From Ophelia neglecta (taxonomy: Eukaryota): a stretch of DNA of 64,000 bases. Both the position numbers and the translations under genes were made by a program. Each line of letters begins with the position of its first letter. Position 1 is the stretch's first letter. The notes beneath the pieces were generated by a model that saw only the letters and a list, made by a program, of their open reading frames with translations, searched no databases and was not told the origin of the DNA. Where the stretch lies: contig OZ260663.1 of NCBI GenBank assembly GCA_965285935.1, forward strand, positions 55,056,001 through 55,120,000, in the 5' to 3' direction. This document shows positions 11,601 to 26,600 of this stretch, in pieces.

Positions 11601-14600
11601 CTATGTAGAAAAAGGTTTTATTAGTTCAAATTTATGTTGTAAATGCTACAAGGCCAGATATTTGATAGGTGTACAATGTGGTTAGAACTGGTCATTCTAG
11701 AAGGTTCCTTTGAGGAAATGTTTCGGACCCATTTATCAGATGAGACCGGCCATTTTCACATCAGTTTCAAGATACCTGCCAGGTCCTGAGATTCTCAATT
11801 TCTGCTCCAAATTAGCAAGACCTGCAAACTCAAATATCTCAGATTTCCTTTGGACATTCGAAAATGTAATGGGTAATACTATTCAGCAGTTGTCAATTAG
11901 TGGGAACCACATATCTCCAAAACTCCGGGGTTCTGGTGCCTACTACTGTGTGATGAGGCTTCCTGCTGCCCGAAGCTTGGCCAATACATATTTTCATGAA
12001 TATTTAGGATTTATCCCAGCAGGTCACTCTGGTTAAAATGTATTCTATTTCTTTGTAGAGCTGGAGGTGGCTCTGGCTTAAACTTGCCATTTTCTCATCA
12101 ATTTGGAGGTAGCTATTGAGTTAGCATCCTGATAGACCATTTTTACCCTGACTTTCACCCAAAGTGGTTGACGTCTGCCAGGATGGTATTGTTTATCTTG
12201 GCACCTTTTTCTTCCTCCCTCAGTAGATTTCTCTTCCCCCACCAAATCTGTTACCCATCTGATGTACAGGTAAAAAACTCAGGCTGGGTGCAGCCTATAA
12301 AACATCAGTGTTTGTCTTGTCAGAAAATGTTTCCACATGTGCAAGATGTGTACAAATGTCAAAACTTTTATTACCGCTGTTCATTTCAATAACAGACAGA
12401 ATTTTGGTGCGATCTTGCCTAAATATTGATAGGATTTGCCCAGCATGAAAGGTGACGATATGCTTTCCAGATATGCCTTGATCTGTTGTATTGATGACAG
12501 CTTCCCAACACTCAAATCTACATCTATGAGCCTTTTTTGAATGCTAACCACAGAAATACAAATCCAAGCAGAGAACTACACTAAAAGAGACTGACATATT
12601 ACAGGGCATAAATTAATTAAAAGCCAACCGACACCCAGCAGTCCAACACCTTTATCTAATATGCTAAACCACAGTAGTTCTACAAAACTTCTTTATAGGC
12701 TCTCTCACCATATCTCAGAAAGATAAAATGCATTTTCAAAAGCCAATGATGCCATCACCCTGCTCAAGCTACTCATTATGTGGTAATCAATCCGTGTGTA
12801 TTTGTGTGCACCATGCATCCCTGGACCTGTATCAGGTACTCTTAATAACAAGCCTTTAATTTATCTTTTCAATGCAAAGTTTTTGAGGTAAAATGCATCC
12901 GATGTTGGGGTTACCTCTGCCTGGTCCCGTAAATAGTGAATAGCATCATCTAACTTCTCTTCCATTCTTGAAGTCTATTGGCCAGTGTGAAAAAACACCA
13001 AAGATGATTTGCGATGGACACAACTCTTATTAATGCTTATTATGGTCATTTTATGAATTAGTTAGTCAGGTAACACATTAAGTGCCCAGAGATGAGACAT
13101 GTTTGTTTAACACCAGTGCCACAGGAATGTTAAAGAAAACTGTGAAACTTCCCAATTATTGCTGTGTGCCGACCAGTCAATATACTGATACACAAAATTA
13201 AATACAACATGCAAAAAAATGTGAACTAGAACTAGAATTAAAAGTAGCAATAACAAACTACAACCATCAAGTTATAAACATCAAGATGCAGGAGCAAATC
13301 TACAATTCTACCACTATCAATACTCCTGGACTGGCCATTCAGAGCTCGCCGCTATCACCAACTTCTTACATTTACACACAAGGCGTTGTATATATATATA
13401 TATATATGTATGTCTTCGCCTGTCCATGCTTGGTGAAACTTTACAAATTTACCAGATTAGAATCTACAAAATACCAGAATATGGATTTACAGGCTCTTGA
13501 CTTCTAAATTTATAAACAGATTGCAATTTAGGAAATACTATAATGCAATAGAAATTAAGTAGATGCTTAAGTAAATCAGAATGTATTTCAAAAAGCATGG
13601 TCAGAGCAGAACTGATTTACTAAAGAATGGGTGAATAAAAGTGTTGATTTACATTTGGCCGGCTTACCAGTGAGTGGAGGTGGCTTTCAAAATGGGGTGA
13701 GGTAGTGCTTGTGGTGGCTGGCCCCGGCCGCGCCCACTGCTGGCTTGGGGGACCTGAAACAATGGTGAGAACATGGTGAGATCAGGGAGAGGACATGGTG
13801 AGAACACAGTGAAAACAGGGTGAGAATTAAGTAAGGGTGAGAATAAGTTGGAGAAACTAAATGAGACTTGGTCGGGACTTAAAGATACTGAGAGTGGAAC
13901 ATAATATCAATTACACCAAATCTATAATATGAGCTTGTTTTTTCTGTTTTATGCACAGTTCATTTTCATCCTGAAAGGTTTGGGATTTAAACATAATTTA
14001 AAACAAATTCAATCAACAGGGTTTTTATTTTAATTAAATCAAAGTGTAAAAAACAGGGCACTTGCATATATTTATAATTAACGACTAAAACATGGATTAA
14101 TATCCTAAACAGATAGATTGCTTTTTCCCAAATTACAGAAATACTGAAAGGCACCGAAAATCGGAATGGCTCCAAAAAAAATCGGTCTTCGAAAACTAAA
14201 GTGCAGATTATTTATGACCAACATTTTGAAGAGTTTCCTGTTATAATGGTCTCTCTAAGTATATTGAGGATGTCTGTATCCACTAAACACAAATGCTCTC
14301 CAACTGGTAACAGCTGATCAGGTGATTAAGGGCAGCAAACACAACAAGGCAATTGTTTTCTTGCTCAATGGTGCATCAAAAGGGCCTCAGATGGTGGGCG
14401 TGGGGAAGTGCCCTCGGAGAATTAGGGCCAAGAAGCTGTGAATGAGGGACAGCTCTGACATACTGTTGCCAGGTAGTACACATGGACAAGTGTACTAGAT
14501 GGTTTGCTCTCACTGATCACCAGCAGACTAGGGCTGGTGGAATTACACAGCAGCAATTGTTTCTTGTCCTGATTCCCAAACAGATTTGTTTATACACAAA

Positions 14601-17600
14601 TGGAATCTACCAGTATTTCAAAATGCATCCATCATAAAGACACTAACTGGCATCTATTTCACTTTATAAGGGGTTTCATTGTGGAGTGTAAGCGCTGACA
14701 ACACCTATGAGTAGTACGTTACCAGTGGAAAGGAAATTGTTTGTGATGCTGCTTAGGTTTGGTAATAAATGAATTGACTGTTGACTGAGGAGATTCTTAC
14801 CTGACATGGGTGGTGGTGATGACACAGGCGTTGAAGGATTTGAGCCACCATAGCTGCTGCTTGTATGGTCTGTAGAATATATCTGAAATAAAGTAGTGTA
14901 GATATTAGTATATTATACTGGGAGAAATCACTAATGCATTTAATCGAAAGCTTATAAAATAGTGAAGACAGTTTTTGGAGAGGAATAATGAATTAGCCCA
15001 CTCATTGAGTTCTCTCCTGACTGTATCAGCCCAACCACCAATCCTTGATCTGCTCAAGATATTAAACCAAGATCTGCTCAAGGCATTAAACCAATGTCTC
15101 CATAACACAAAAGTCTCAATCTCTGATATTATTACAACTTCTCCAAACTGACTCACATCTCAGAGCTGTCCAAATACACACTAGTCAACTACTCTCGAGT
15201 CAAGCTACAAATACACATAAATTTGGGGCAAAAAGCATTGGAAAAGCCTGGACTGAAATTCAATGGAACCAGAACACAGCTCAATCATTTCGTTATCTGC
15301 CATGATGACTGGACAACCTTTCATGTACTATACTAACCCTATAATCCATGGACTTTTCCACTAAGGAGTTCCACATATAAATTCCTTCATTTAAACCATG
15401 CTTACAGTTACTATACTAAAAATAATTATAAAATATATGGACATATACCATGGAGAATAATTCAAAATTAGTCCTCTTCCTACTCCTGACTTTTTAAAAT
15501 GGGCGTTTCTGGTTGTACACACAGTAAAAAGTAAACAAGTGTTGTAGGTATGGATTTTATTTAAGATTTGCAGTTGTGGGTGTTGAAAGCTGTCAAGTTA
15601 AAGGCAAAGTTTAACAAAAAGCACACCCTGGATACAACAGGCGGCCGCAGACATCTCTCGTCAGAACTGTCCTGCCATCTGGTTTATACATTACTATATC
15701 AAATTGAGACACATAAATGCCTAGAAGCCATTGTTCAGTTGGATTGTTAAGTCAAATCACTAGTTAAGTAGGTAAGCGATACAGCATTCACCTACTCTTC
15801 AATCAGTAAATAGACATTAAAACTTAGATGAAATTTCAGGACAGGGACTCTTATATTTTGTCCAACACATTTAATGATACTTTGTGTGGCACAAAACATC
15901 CACCATGGTAAATGTCTACATAAATATGTAGGTGAATGCAGGCTATGAAGTTTATTTCAAGTTATTATTTCAGCACCTAAACTTTTTCAAGTAAATATAG
16001 GGCTTCTGAGGGCACATGATGGATTGTGTTAGGTTGAAAGTGTATTTGTTTAATCTAGCTTTCAGTCGTAGGCAAAGACGCAAAAAAAAATACGGCTGAG
16101 GAAAGTTTGATGGGATTCACAGAAGGACAATCGGGTGATTTGAGAGGCAGACATGCAGAGGTTAGTAAGATTTTTCTGTGATTGTGACAGAATTTGACAG
16201 ACAAGACTGAGCAGTGGGGCCCTGTGTCGACAGTGATGGTTTTATCATTTGCTGAAGGTGTCTTCTGGGACACACTTGATTGGAAAAACAGAGCCATCAT
16301 ATGACCACCAGTAATTAATTGATTACCAAGGCAAGTCCACTTCTAAACTTTCCCATCTATCTGAACACCAAACTGGCAACAGAACAGAATAATATACAGC
16401 CGACACTGACAGCAAAATTCATAACTTTTATCAGAATTTGAAGCCAATACCTGACTGTTGTACATAATATTGGAATGTTAAGAACCTTAATTTACAAGAC
16501 TAGAGGAGCAGTTTTATTCTGAAGCCGGGGGTATGATGTAAAACTCATAACCGACTGTTGTTATGGCTCTAGTAGATATAGCTGGTTGGAATGCAGGTTT
16601 CTGGTAGAAATTTATGCTGATGTTTGACATACCTAACCTGAATACCTAACTTGCTGATGGTAAATACTCGTGGGGAGCTTGTAGCCCAAGGGACTGATAA
16701 TGTTGATATTTTTATTGCCAAATCCTCCAAATCAGAGGTAATGACCAGCACTCTTTGACAATTGAGCCTTCAATCAGAAGCTTATTCCAAGAATTTCCCA
16801 CCTTTGACAGACATAAACCTGGCACAAACAGTTCCCTGGAGGATAGTTTACTACAGAATGCCTTGTCCCAGCTTCCTTGTTTGAAGTCTTGGGCTCACTT
16901 CCTCGGTTAGACTTGAAGAAAATAGAAACCTAAGGTTCAGTGATGTTTAACAGACACCAGCACATGTTCTGGCAGCTGTTGTCTCTCTTCAAAAGTCAAG
17001 AGTAAGGCACTTCCATTGTAGACCTCACTTACTTGGAGGTCCCTGGTTCCCATGGATTCTCGTCAGGCCAGGCCAGGACACCCTATCTCCCCTCTTCCTA
17101 TCTCTTTCTCTCTGATAAATCATGCCCAAAAAAGGGGTTCTTATAGACAACATACTTTAATTCTTACTTAACAGTTTAATATACATAATTTTGTTCAACT
17201 AACTTCCATACACTCCACACATTACACTCCATTTGTAAGTATTAAACCCACTAAACTGAATATGATTTGCTTTAAGTCATTGGTTACTGGTACTATGGAC
17301 TTATCCTCAGCCACCAGACACCGGCGGTGACCAAGGAAGAAGATAGCCGTATCCTCCGAGGCACATTACACGCAGGCAAGTTTCACACATTCTGTTCCAT
17401 TACTTGATTCACTGGTTTTCAATTATCAGTCGAAAATTAGGTATTATCCTCTACATTCAACAGTGGCCATTACTGCATCACAGCATGGCCAGGCCAAACG
17501 TAGGGCTCAACCAAACGGGACACTCCTAATGATATTCTATGTCACATAACAGTCTTACTTTAGAATAGTAATTCTATCATTAGAATCCCTTCGGCCTATC

Positions 17601-20600
17601 CATGAAAATAACAAGTAAGCCAGTAAAACAATATATCACTGATTAATTTACAATTTGACTTACAAAGAGACATATCTGTTTGATAAATCCTCATTTTCGG
17701 GGCATAACACTTTTATTTTTCAAAGGGCCAATGACACAGTACTGATGGATGCTGCTGTGGGTGATGATAAGGCTAGACTGACTAGTCATGTGGGTCTGGA
17801 GCTCCCAAGGCACTCTCATCTCTCTGCCCTGAGATTTCCACCAGTGTCTGGAGATTTAGGACAGATGTCTTGAGATTTGGGGTGGCTGTTGTTTGTCATA
17901 GACTGATGTGTCCAAGGTGACAAGCCATGCCGTTGAGCAATCTTTCACTGTGGCTGTCATCTTTCACCATGACTGTCACAACATTGGCATGTGCTATCAT
18001 GTTAAAACTTACTGTTCTAAGACTAAACACATACACCAGCATGATTAGTTAGGCCCTGCTTATGACTTAATTTACAAATACAGTCACATATATGTAGGTC
18101 ATTAAATAATTGAAAATCATTTAACATTTTTTCAACCTGGCTGCCAAGTTCTGTTAATGTTTCCACTTGCTAATTAAAGGTACATCAATATCCTGTCATT
18201 ATGACTGCTGGACTAGTTGGTGAAGGGAATCAATAGCACTGCTCATTGTGACCTACAGAACTGATAGAACCGAGAGGATGACTGAAAAGGCCAGACAAGA
18301 TATCCAGGTGTCAAACTGCTACACTGAGTGTAGCTTAAGGCAGTCAAACCCCTAAGAAAGCCATCCTGCTCAAGGGGGTGATTTTTATTTTAATGTACCA
18401 ATGTACCTGAGCCAGTGCCAGTCTGGTCTTCAGCTTTATCAATATATGTCCATTAGCAGGCAGAACCAGAGGCTACTGCTCGTCTCATAGACAGCAATGT
18501 GCAATTGTGAGCAACTGTTAAAGGAAGTAAATAGCCATTACGAAGGCCATGTATTTCTGGCTAAATGGGATCACTGAAGTGATGATCTGCACTAGCCTTT
18601 TTTAAATCACAGAACAATACATCAAGTACCCTAGTCATTATCTCTGCCACCCATCATGTATCAACAATTGACAGAGAACACATTGAAGACTCCAGGCCTT
18701 CTCTGATCTCAGCAATATCCATACAAGGAAAGGCTATCAGCAAATTGAAGAAGAACTACTATTAAGACTGCTAGCTCAATCACCAATGACACTGGTGTTA
18801 TATGAAATACATGGGCAAAGGCTGGCATAAGTATGAATGGACAGGTAAGAGCTTCAGAGCTTCACACTGACTGACACAAGGAAGATTCTCTAGAAACAGC
18901 CCAAGCATTCAGCAAGCCTGATACAGTATCTTGTGAGCAACTCTAGTCTGTCAGTTGGGTACTTGCACTATCACCAGCTTGGCATAACTCAGGGTTGCTG
19001 GCAAAATCCACCACAGCTACCTCAAATGAGTTGAACACTAGGTGGCCAGCCCAACCAGTGGCTATCATGCATCTGAGGTTAAGATGCTGATCTGACCTTT
19101 TGTCTGAGCTGATCCGGGTCTGTGCGGAAGGAATGTCTGGCATGGATGCCTGGGGGCATCCTGGGGCGACAGGCTTCTAGGTACCCGCCCCTAAGAGCCT
19201 ACCTGCTAGTTAGGTAGGCTACTGTCAAACTGCCCTAACTATTGTCACTAGGCTTTTTATCGTACATGTAATTTATATAAACAAAAAACTTCTGGCTCTA
19301 TACTGTGTAGATAAAATAAGTTGTAAAAATATACTTACAGATGCTAGGGCTTTGCCAAGGGCATCCCCAGTCTGTGAGCTGCCTTGGGGAGGGGGCCCTG
19401 TGCTTGGACCCCCTCCCACTCCCATCTCTGAGCCATTGATAGGGGGCGAGGTGCTGGAATAAGCTGAAGAGGAGGGAGGCATTTGGCCGCCTCTGAACGA
19501 AGACATGGGTGGAAGACCGCTAGCATTTTGTTGCATCATTTCATGGTTCGGAGACATAGGATGATAACCCTGCAAAAAAGTGTAATAAATAACACATCAG
19601 AACATATTAATACTGGTTAAAATCACATTGCCAGAATGCTTGTGGCGGAGTGCCTGCCGACAAGGCAAGTGGCTGTCAGAGCCTGGTGAGGGCTTGCTGG
19701 TGAGGGGGTTCTAGCAGAGAGGGCCAGGGGAGTGGGGACCATCCATCACCTACATCTACAACACAGGTCTCCTCCACAGGAGAGCAGCCAGGTCACTGAT
19801 GGATGTCTCCCTGGAGTCACATCCCTATTACAAGCTTTATATCAGGGTTCAACATCTACAATGCTGCTACTCTCCATCCCAACTGAAATCTGGCCAAACA
19901 CTATAACCTCCCGAGTTCCTAATTGTCCTGCCGTCCACATTAGCAATTGACACTGCAATCTAGATTGATTTCTACGAGATCCTGCCATAAGAAATGTAAT
20001 ATAAATGTCAAGTGATATCAGCAGAATGACCGTTGGCATCCAATAGAATTTACACCAATCACTGACAAACAAGAGAAATGAAATGTTGTATTTGAGTACA
20101 AACCAGTTAAGCCTGGTATTTGTGGAACAACCTACATGTTTAGGAAATACCATCAAAGAGAGGGATTGAGGATTGACTTTCTAGGTGATTTGAGCACATC
20201 CTTTTCCAATAATAATTAAATTGATAGTACCCTGAATGACAGACAATTTTCAATGGTGGTGAGGGGCCAACCCATGGGTATTCAATTTAATGAGCTCCAG
20301 GCTAAAGACTCTGGGGTAGCTATTTTGAATGATTTCATTCCGGGCTCATAGATCTGGGCTCCTACGAAGGAGATTGAATATGGCCAGCACAATAAGCTGG
20401 AGTGCTTTTATACAACTAAATTGATCCAAAACCAGCCCTTCCCTGTCACATCACTGGAAGAGAGAACAATTTCTTATATCAGCTTTATCCCTCAAACCCA
20501 TCAGCAAGATGGGCAATGTCCCATGAATTAGAATGTGGCCCAGTCATCTGCTACAAATCATGGCCAACCTCACGCTTGACTGGAGACGGAAGAATATTGT

Positions 20601-23600
20601 TCAACTGGGAAGACAGCAAGAGTCAAAGATAAATCACTAAATAAGAAGACAAATTCGATTAGTATGGCTTGTTTTTCTGTAGTCTGCTCTTTATTTTGCC
20701 AAGAGAAGCAATTCTCATCTTGTGAATCACTTTCAAGAATGATTTGGAATGCTAGACTTATTACGTTTTTCACTTTGTGGGTGGTATTTCTAGTGAACAG
20801 CTTCTGAAGCTGGGAAGCGAGCTTTTTATGTGCTCTAAACAACGGTAGGGGCAGGTTAAGTCTCCATTACAGTGTGACAGGCCTTCACCTCACTGCTCAA
20901 ACTAATGGCATTAACGTAGTTTTCAAGGATAGACAATGGTAGAATATGCCATACCTTGACTCAATTAATGTCATTATGAAAGCAGGGAGTTCAATAGATA
21001 ACCACTGCCTCTATTGACACTGTTTTAATTTTATGACAAGCAGCAAAATGTGAAGTCAAGGATTCAAATGTGACTTTAAATAAAATAGGAAATCTCAGAA
21101 ACAAATCCCCTTGACCTTGTGAAACATATCACAATAATCTAAAATAGTAGAGATACTGGATCTCTAGGTGGGTTAACAAAAAAAACTATCAAAACTAATG
21201 AAATAGTTTGGCCAAAATACTAGTTAAGGATTGGACTATACTGGACCCAACTAAATGCCAAAATAGGAACCATTTTAATAAAAAATTCTTTTATTTGAAG
21301 AAATGTGATTTATTTTACTTTCATAATAAAACAACTGTGATAACTATTTATTTGTCCCCCTAATTTAGCCAATTCCCTATAAGATAAATTTCATACATTT
21401 TACATTAAAACAAACTGGACTTACCATATGTTCTCTGGCATGAGGCATGTTATAGGATGAAGCTTGAGAATACTGTCCACTATTGTGCAGCATGGAGGAT
21501 GGGTAACTCGATGTCGGTATGCTGTTCGTCGTCATCGACCAAGGGTCTGGGCCTGGACCTGGGCCGGGCGGACCATCTGATGAAACACAAAAACACTAGT
21601 AACATACCAGAAACGCAGACGCACAATACCAACCAGGCTATAACTTCTTCTGTGTGTTGATAATGTAGATTTTCTGGCATGGTTACTACCATACTAATCC
21701 TTTTAAATATATATATCCTTCTATTTCACATGAAATGCAGTTCAATCTGTATTGTACACAACTCTATATACTGTCAGTCTTTGACGGCCGTAAGATCTTT
21801 TGACCAGCCAACAATGTTTGGCTAGCGAGGAATGTCACTTCTCTGATGAGACTGGAGCAGTTCTCTGCGAATCCGACAGAAGACTAACATTCAACACGCT
21901 GCGACTTGACTGGTCATTGACAAGACAAGCAAACACTTCCCACCAGAGAAAGCCTCGCTCCATTACTAGTCTCCAACATCAGCTAATCCCCCAAATGGAA
22001 ATTCAAACATGCCCTCACAAAAGGTGCTAATCAGCCATGTTTCTGCAGGCCAGGAGCTTTGTGAGAGTGTTGTCCTGTCAGTAATACATCAAGACTGTCT
22101 GTCAGGCCAAACAAATGCCTCAGCATTTCTCCATATTCCATTCAGCATTCATTTAATCAATTTTTTGGAACTGCCTAACAAACTATTACTGCCAGACCAC
22201 TGGGACAATAAAGGTCCTGATAAATCAGGAGTCTACATAACGGAGGGCCAGGCCTGCTCACCGCTACCCTCACAAGGACTCTAGGTATATAGCTAGCCAC
22301 TGACAATAGTGTCCTGGACTGGGTCTCCGATTCCTGTGTATAATTTAGCGATTTGAACTCCGAGAGGGAGACACTTTCTATGAAGCAAGTCCCTGGTAAT
22401 CAATAAGTCTGTCAAGTGACATTGCCATTAAAGGTACTTGTGTATACCCATGGTTTCTAAATCATTCTATCTTTTATGCACTTGTAAGAACTAAATGGCA
22501 CCGCTGGACATAAACAAGTTGTCCACCGACATGTTACTTGTCTTTTCAGGTTTTTAGTAGATTCAATACACACCACTTCCTATCAGGGTTTTAACATGTA
22601 TTGAACCTGCCTAGCAGACAATGTAAAGCTACCACTGGCCACCAGAGTGGAAGGACAGTCAGGGTCACTACTTGGTGTATTCCTTTCATATTAGTGACCA
22701 GTACATTTTTTATGATGATCTTTATCCTTCACTGTATAGCTAACAGAATGCTTTGAAAATGCATTTGTTTTAACTTGACCTTTAGAAGAGGTCAAACAAA
22801 TTTATGTTCACTGCTGGATTTCTTTTTATCTTACTGATACAAATTCCAAAGAATTGCTTTTAAACTTGGCTATCCTAAATTAAAATGTACCCTCAGCTGT
22901 ATGTTTTTAATGATCTATGCCCACCCTGGCCAAAACATGTGCTGTTTTGTGTGACACAATTCCCCCACCTACAAGACAGTAGAAAGCTTTGGTAGAGTTG
23001 CAGATCAGGCTTTTAATACTACTTTTAAGTGAAAACCTGTGGGGTGAATTAAATTAATTATTTTTCTTTAACTACTTCAGATTAAACTCTGCCTGCATTA
23101 ACCATCATTTGGCGACTTAATACCAGAATCTAGAGAACTGATTCCACATCACAAACTGCTTTAAAGAAAATAATGGGATCTTAATTAATTGAGAGCACAA
23201 GGGGCCTTGATAATCTGCCAGTGATAGCTTTGCTAGGATGTAACATATAGGTGTAGGAGCTGGGTAGTCCTAGGTTCTGGCCACCCCTCTACCACAGCAG
23301 ACAAGATTAGACAGAGGACTGTCCTTTGAAGTCACAGATCACCTCTACTAAATTAATTACATCATCTCCAGCCAGATTGGAGCCTGTCTCTCATCTAGCC
23401 TGGACCAGATCAGGCTAATCTCGGCTAATCAGAGATGAGAAGTTTAATGATCCACTTAACTCCAGACTTAACTCTAGACTATCTTATAAAGACTAGCTGT
23501 CATCTTTCAGAAGATAAGACATTAGTTGTCTCAATTGAATTTAGTTGGTGTACCTTACTTTTCGAATCCATTTGCAAATACATAAATGCCTAAAACTGAA

Positions 23601-26600
23601 GGCCTTACATGTCTGGCAGATCTTTGACATTGGTAATTAGTTGTATGATCAATTGTGAAAATAAGTGACAGACATGTATAAACTACTGAAGGAGATTTCA
23701 TCACTGTAGGTGGTAGTGGTGTACACTTCACTCTTCACTGTTTGTGGATATGATTATGTATAATAACCAACTTCCTGCCACGGTGAAAGGCGACGGGTTT
23801 CGGTGAAAGGCGAACGAGTTTCGCCAACCCTCCCTGTCAGTATCATAATATTAGCGATCAAGCCCGAAGTGGTGAAAGGTGACGGGCTGTGCAGACTGGG
23901 CTGGGAGCCTTGCCTGATTATGGCAAGAAATATCAGAAATATCAGACTGTTGTTAGGCAAAACAAAATGGATCACCTTTCTGTCTTGGAATCTCCCTACC
24001 CCGCATCTCTCTCCAAATACTTGACAGACTATAGGTTTCAAGCTGCCTGTCGGATCTGATGCTTGACAATACAGGCCCTAAATTGCCATCAGCTACCAGA
24101 TCAATTTGCAGAAAGCTGCTATACTTTCATCTGGCATCAACTAATTTGGTTTCCAATACAGAGATGATAATTAACCTCAAGGTTTCTGCATACTTCCCAG
24201 AAATTTCCAAATATTTTTTTGACAAGACCTGCCAAAGTTTGGTTTAAAACAACATTTAGGCAATATACTATGAAGAAAACTAATTATTGCAATACCAATC
24301 TCTGTCAAATGCTTTAAAGTATGAAAGCTGAGGCCTGCACCCGTTTTAACTTGATATTTTTAAGTGACAACATATTCCAAAGTAATTACAAATTTCAGAT
24401 ACCAAAATATAAATACTTAAATACTATTAATTACAAATTCCTCATTCTATGGCATAAATGTACATTTTAAAAGAAGTTTCATGTACTAAGATAGTTTAAA
24501 GAAGTTCCAAAATGATAAGCAGACAAGTACAAACTGTTGCTCAAAAATTTCTTTTCAATTAAACATTTGCCTTATTTATTATTATTTTACCTGGATATGA
24601 AGCATATTCTCCATGATAGACGCCCGGCCCCCCTGTTTTGGGGGAGGGATATCGAGAGGACTCCTGGCTAAACTCCTCTGGGCTTGGTGAATATACCTGG
24701 AAAAATAACAAATAATTACTTGATACCATGAACATGGTTACAAACAAATTAAAGAAAAGGCCTATATATTTTCATCAGAGGCAAGCACTACATGTGGCAC
24801 ATACTCCCAATCAACATTACAATCGTTTCAAGGCTTTAGTAAGCCAGTTAATCTATATTACTAGGTACATATTTGTTCCAAGAATGGTCTTGTTTCAGAA
24901 GGAACCAGACTTTTGTAGTTATTGGTTGTATAATGCAGTCATCCATGCTGACATTTTGATAGCCACTTGCAAAGAAAATTGAGTGTGTATTTCTTTCCTG
25001 ATGTTATCATACAATGAAAACATATCTTGTCAGCAGGAGCTGCTGGATACATTCTCTGTTATCTCCCAGGCCATGCTACTTGCAGCTCATATCTCATAAG
25101 AAAGCATGACTATCACAACCCAGTATTTTACTTCTCTGCTATTTGTAACCATTTTTCCTCTGGGGGATATTCAACAGATATCTAACATTCAAAATGACTC
25201 GAACAAAATATTCACAAGCAAAATGAAATAAGAATATCCCCCTCAGAACATGCTGTTTTCCTATAGAAACTTTTGATGATTATTTCTCTGTTTTGTGCAT
25301 CCGTAACTTGCCATGTTTTTATACACAGGAAGACATCTCCAAGAGTTCAAAAATAGTTTGAATGACAAAGTTGATGAGAACCAGGCCTGTCAGATCCTGT
25401 TACACAACTTTAATAGATAGATATGAAGTACACAGGCAGTCTCCCTGGTGTCCATAGCCAACCTCTAATGGGAAAACTCTTATACACCACCTTCTAGCCA
25501 GTGTAAGGTTCTCAGCACAAGAGATTTGAGATTTGTATGACATCGGGGTGCTATGAATGGGCTCTTTTTTATTTTTAACTCAGACACAAGGTTTTTAGAA
25601 GGGTAGAAGCCAGAAGAAGTAGCAGGATAGATTTTGGGATAATCATAGCTACAGACTTTGCATCGTTTAGGACAGTGATTTCAACCTCCAATGAATAACA
25701 TCAAATATGAATGACTTTAATACTCTCTCGCCTCATCCTTTAGACCTAAATTTCTTCTTGGGGATTTCATGTGAAGACCTTTCTAATTAGATTTCAATCA
25801 GTAAACGCACACACTCCACCTCTGTCATTTGGAGATGGCTGGCAAGTAAATAGTGGTGGCTTACTAAACACTAAAGAGGGCACTGCCATCAGGCAACCTA
25901 CCATTGACAACTACGCTTCTAAATCAGAACAAGTCCTGTGAAAAATCCAGCATACAGATTGGCTTAACATACAGTTGATTAATCAAATTTTCCTCTATAA
26001 CTGGTCTACAACGAGCCCTGTTCCAGGTTATTAGAAAATTGGGCAGACTGATTTATAAGCTGTAGATTTCTGGTATTCTAATCATGTCCCAAGCATCAGA
26101 GGATAGGAGGTGCCTGAAAGTCAAGCTATTAGGAGCTGGCTGGTAAAGATTCCTAGGAGAAATCAGAACAATTACCTGCCGGGCACAGCTAATCTATTTT
26201 GGAAAACACCAGAATGTCAACATTGTTTAGTGCTACACAGGATATGGATGGAAATCAAATAATAACTACAAGTAATAGGTTTCATTAACTCTATTACTAT
26301 CTTATTCAGAATGAGGCCTTTTCTATGAAAATTAATTCTCACTAATATACATGTAAAGCATAATTATATTAGTAATTAACACATTTGAAAAATACCTGTT
26401 CAAACTACATACTTGCACAGACACTTCCATGTGAAATTACACTGTTAAGGGGGGAATATAATTCTAACCTTAAATCTGTTAATTGCTTTGAGATAACAGG
26501 ACCTCAATATTTAGTTTAGAATATTTAAAATAATCTATGATGTAATTGACAAGTGTATCCATTTCAATTAAATGAAGCAATTTTTTTAACTGTTAAAACA

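Noticed and set aside
21843-21875. CTGATGA as a hammerhead ribozyme core (also 7671, 40172)
   Set aside because: No properly placed GAAA or closing stems found by eye.
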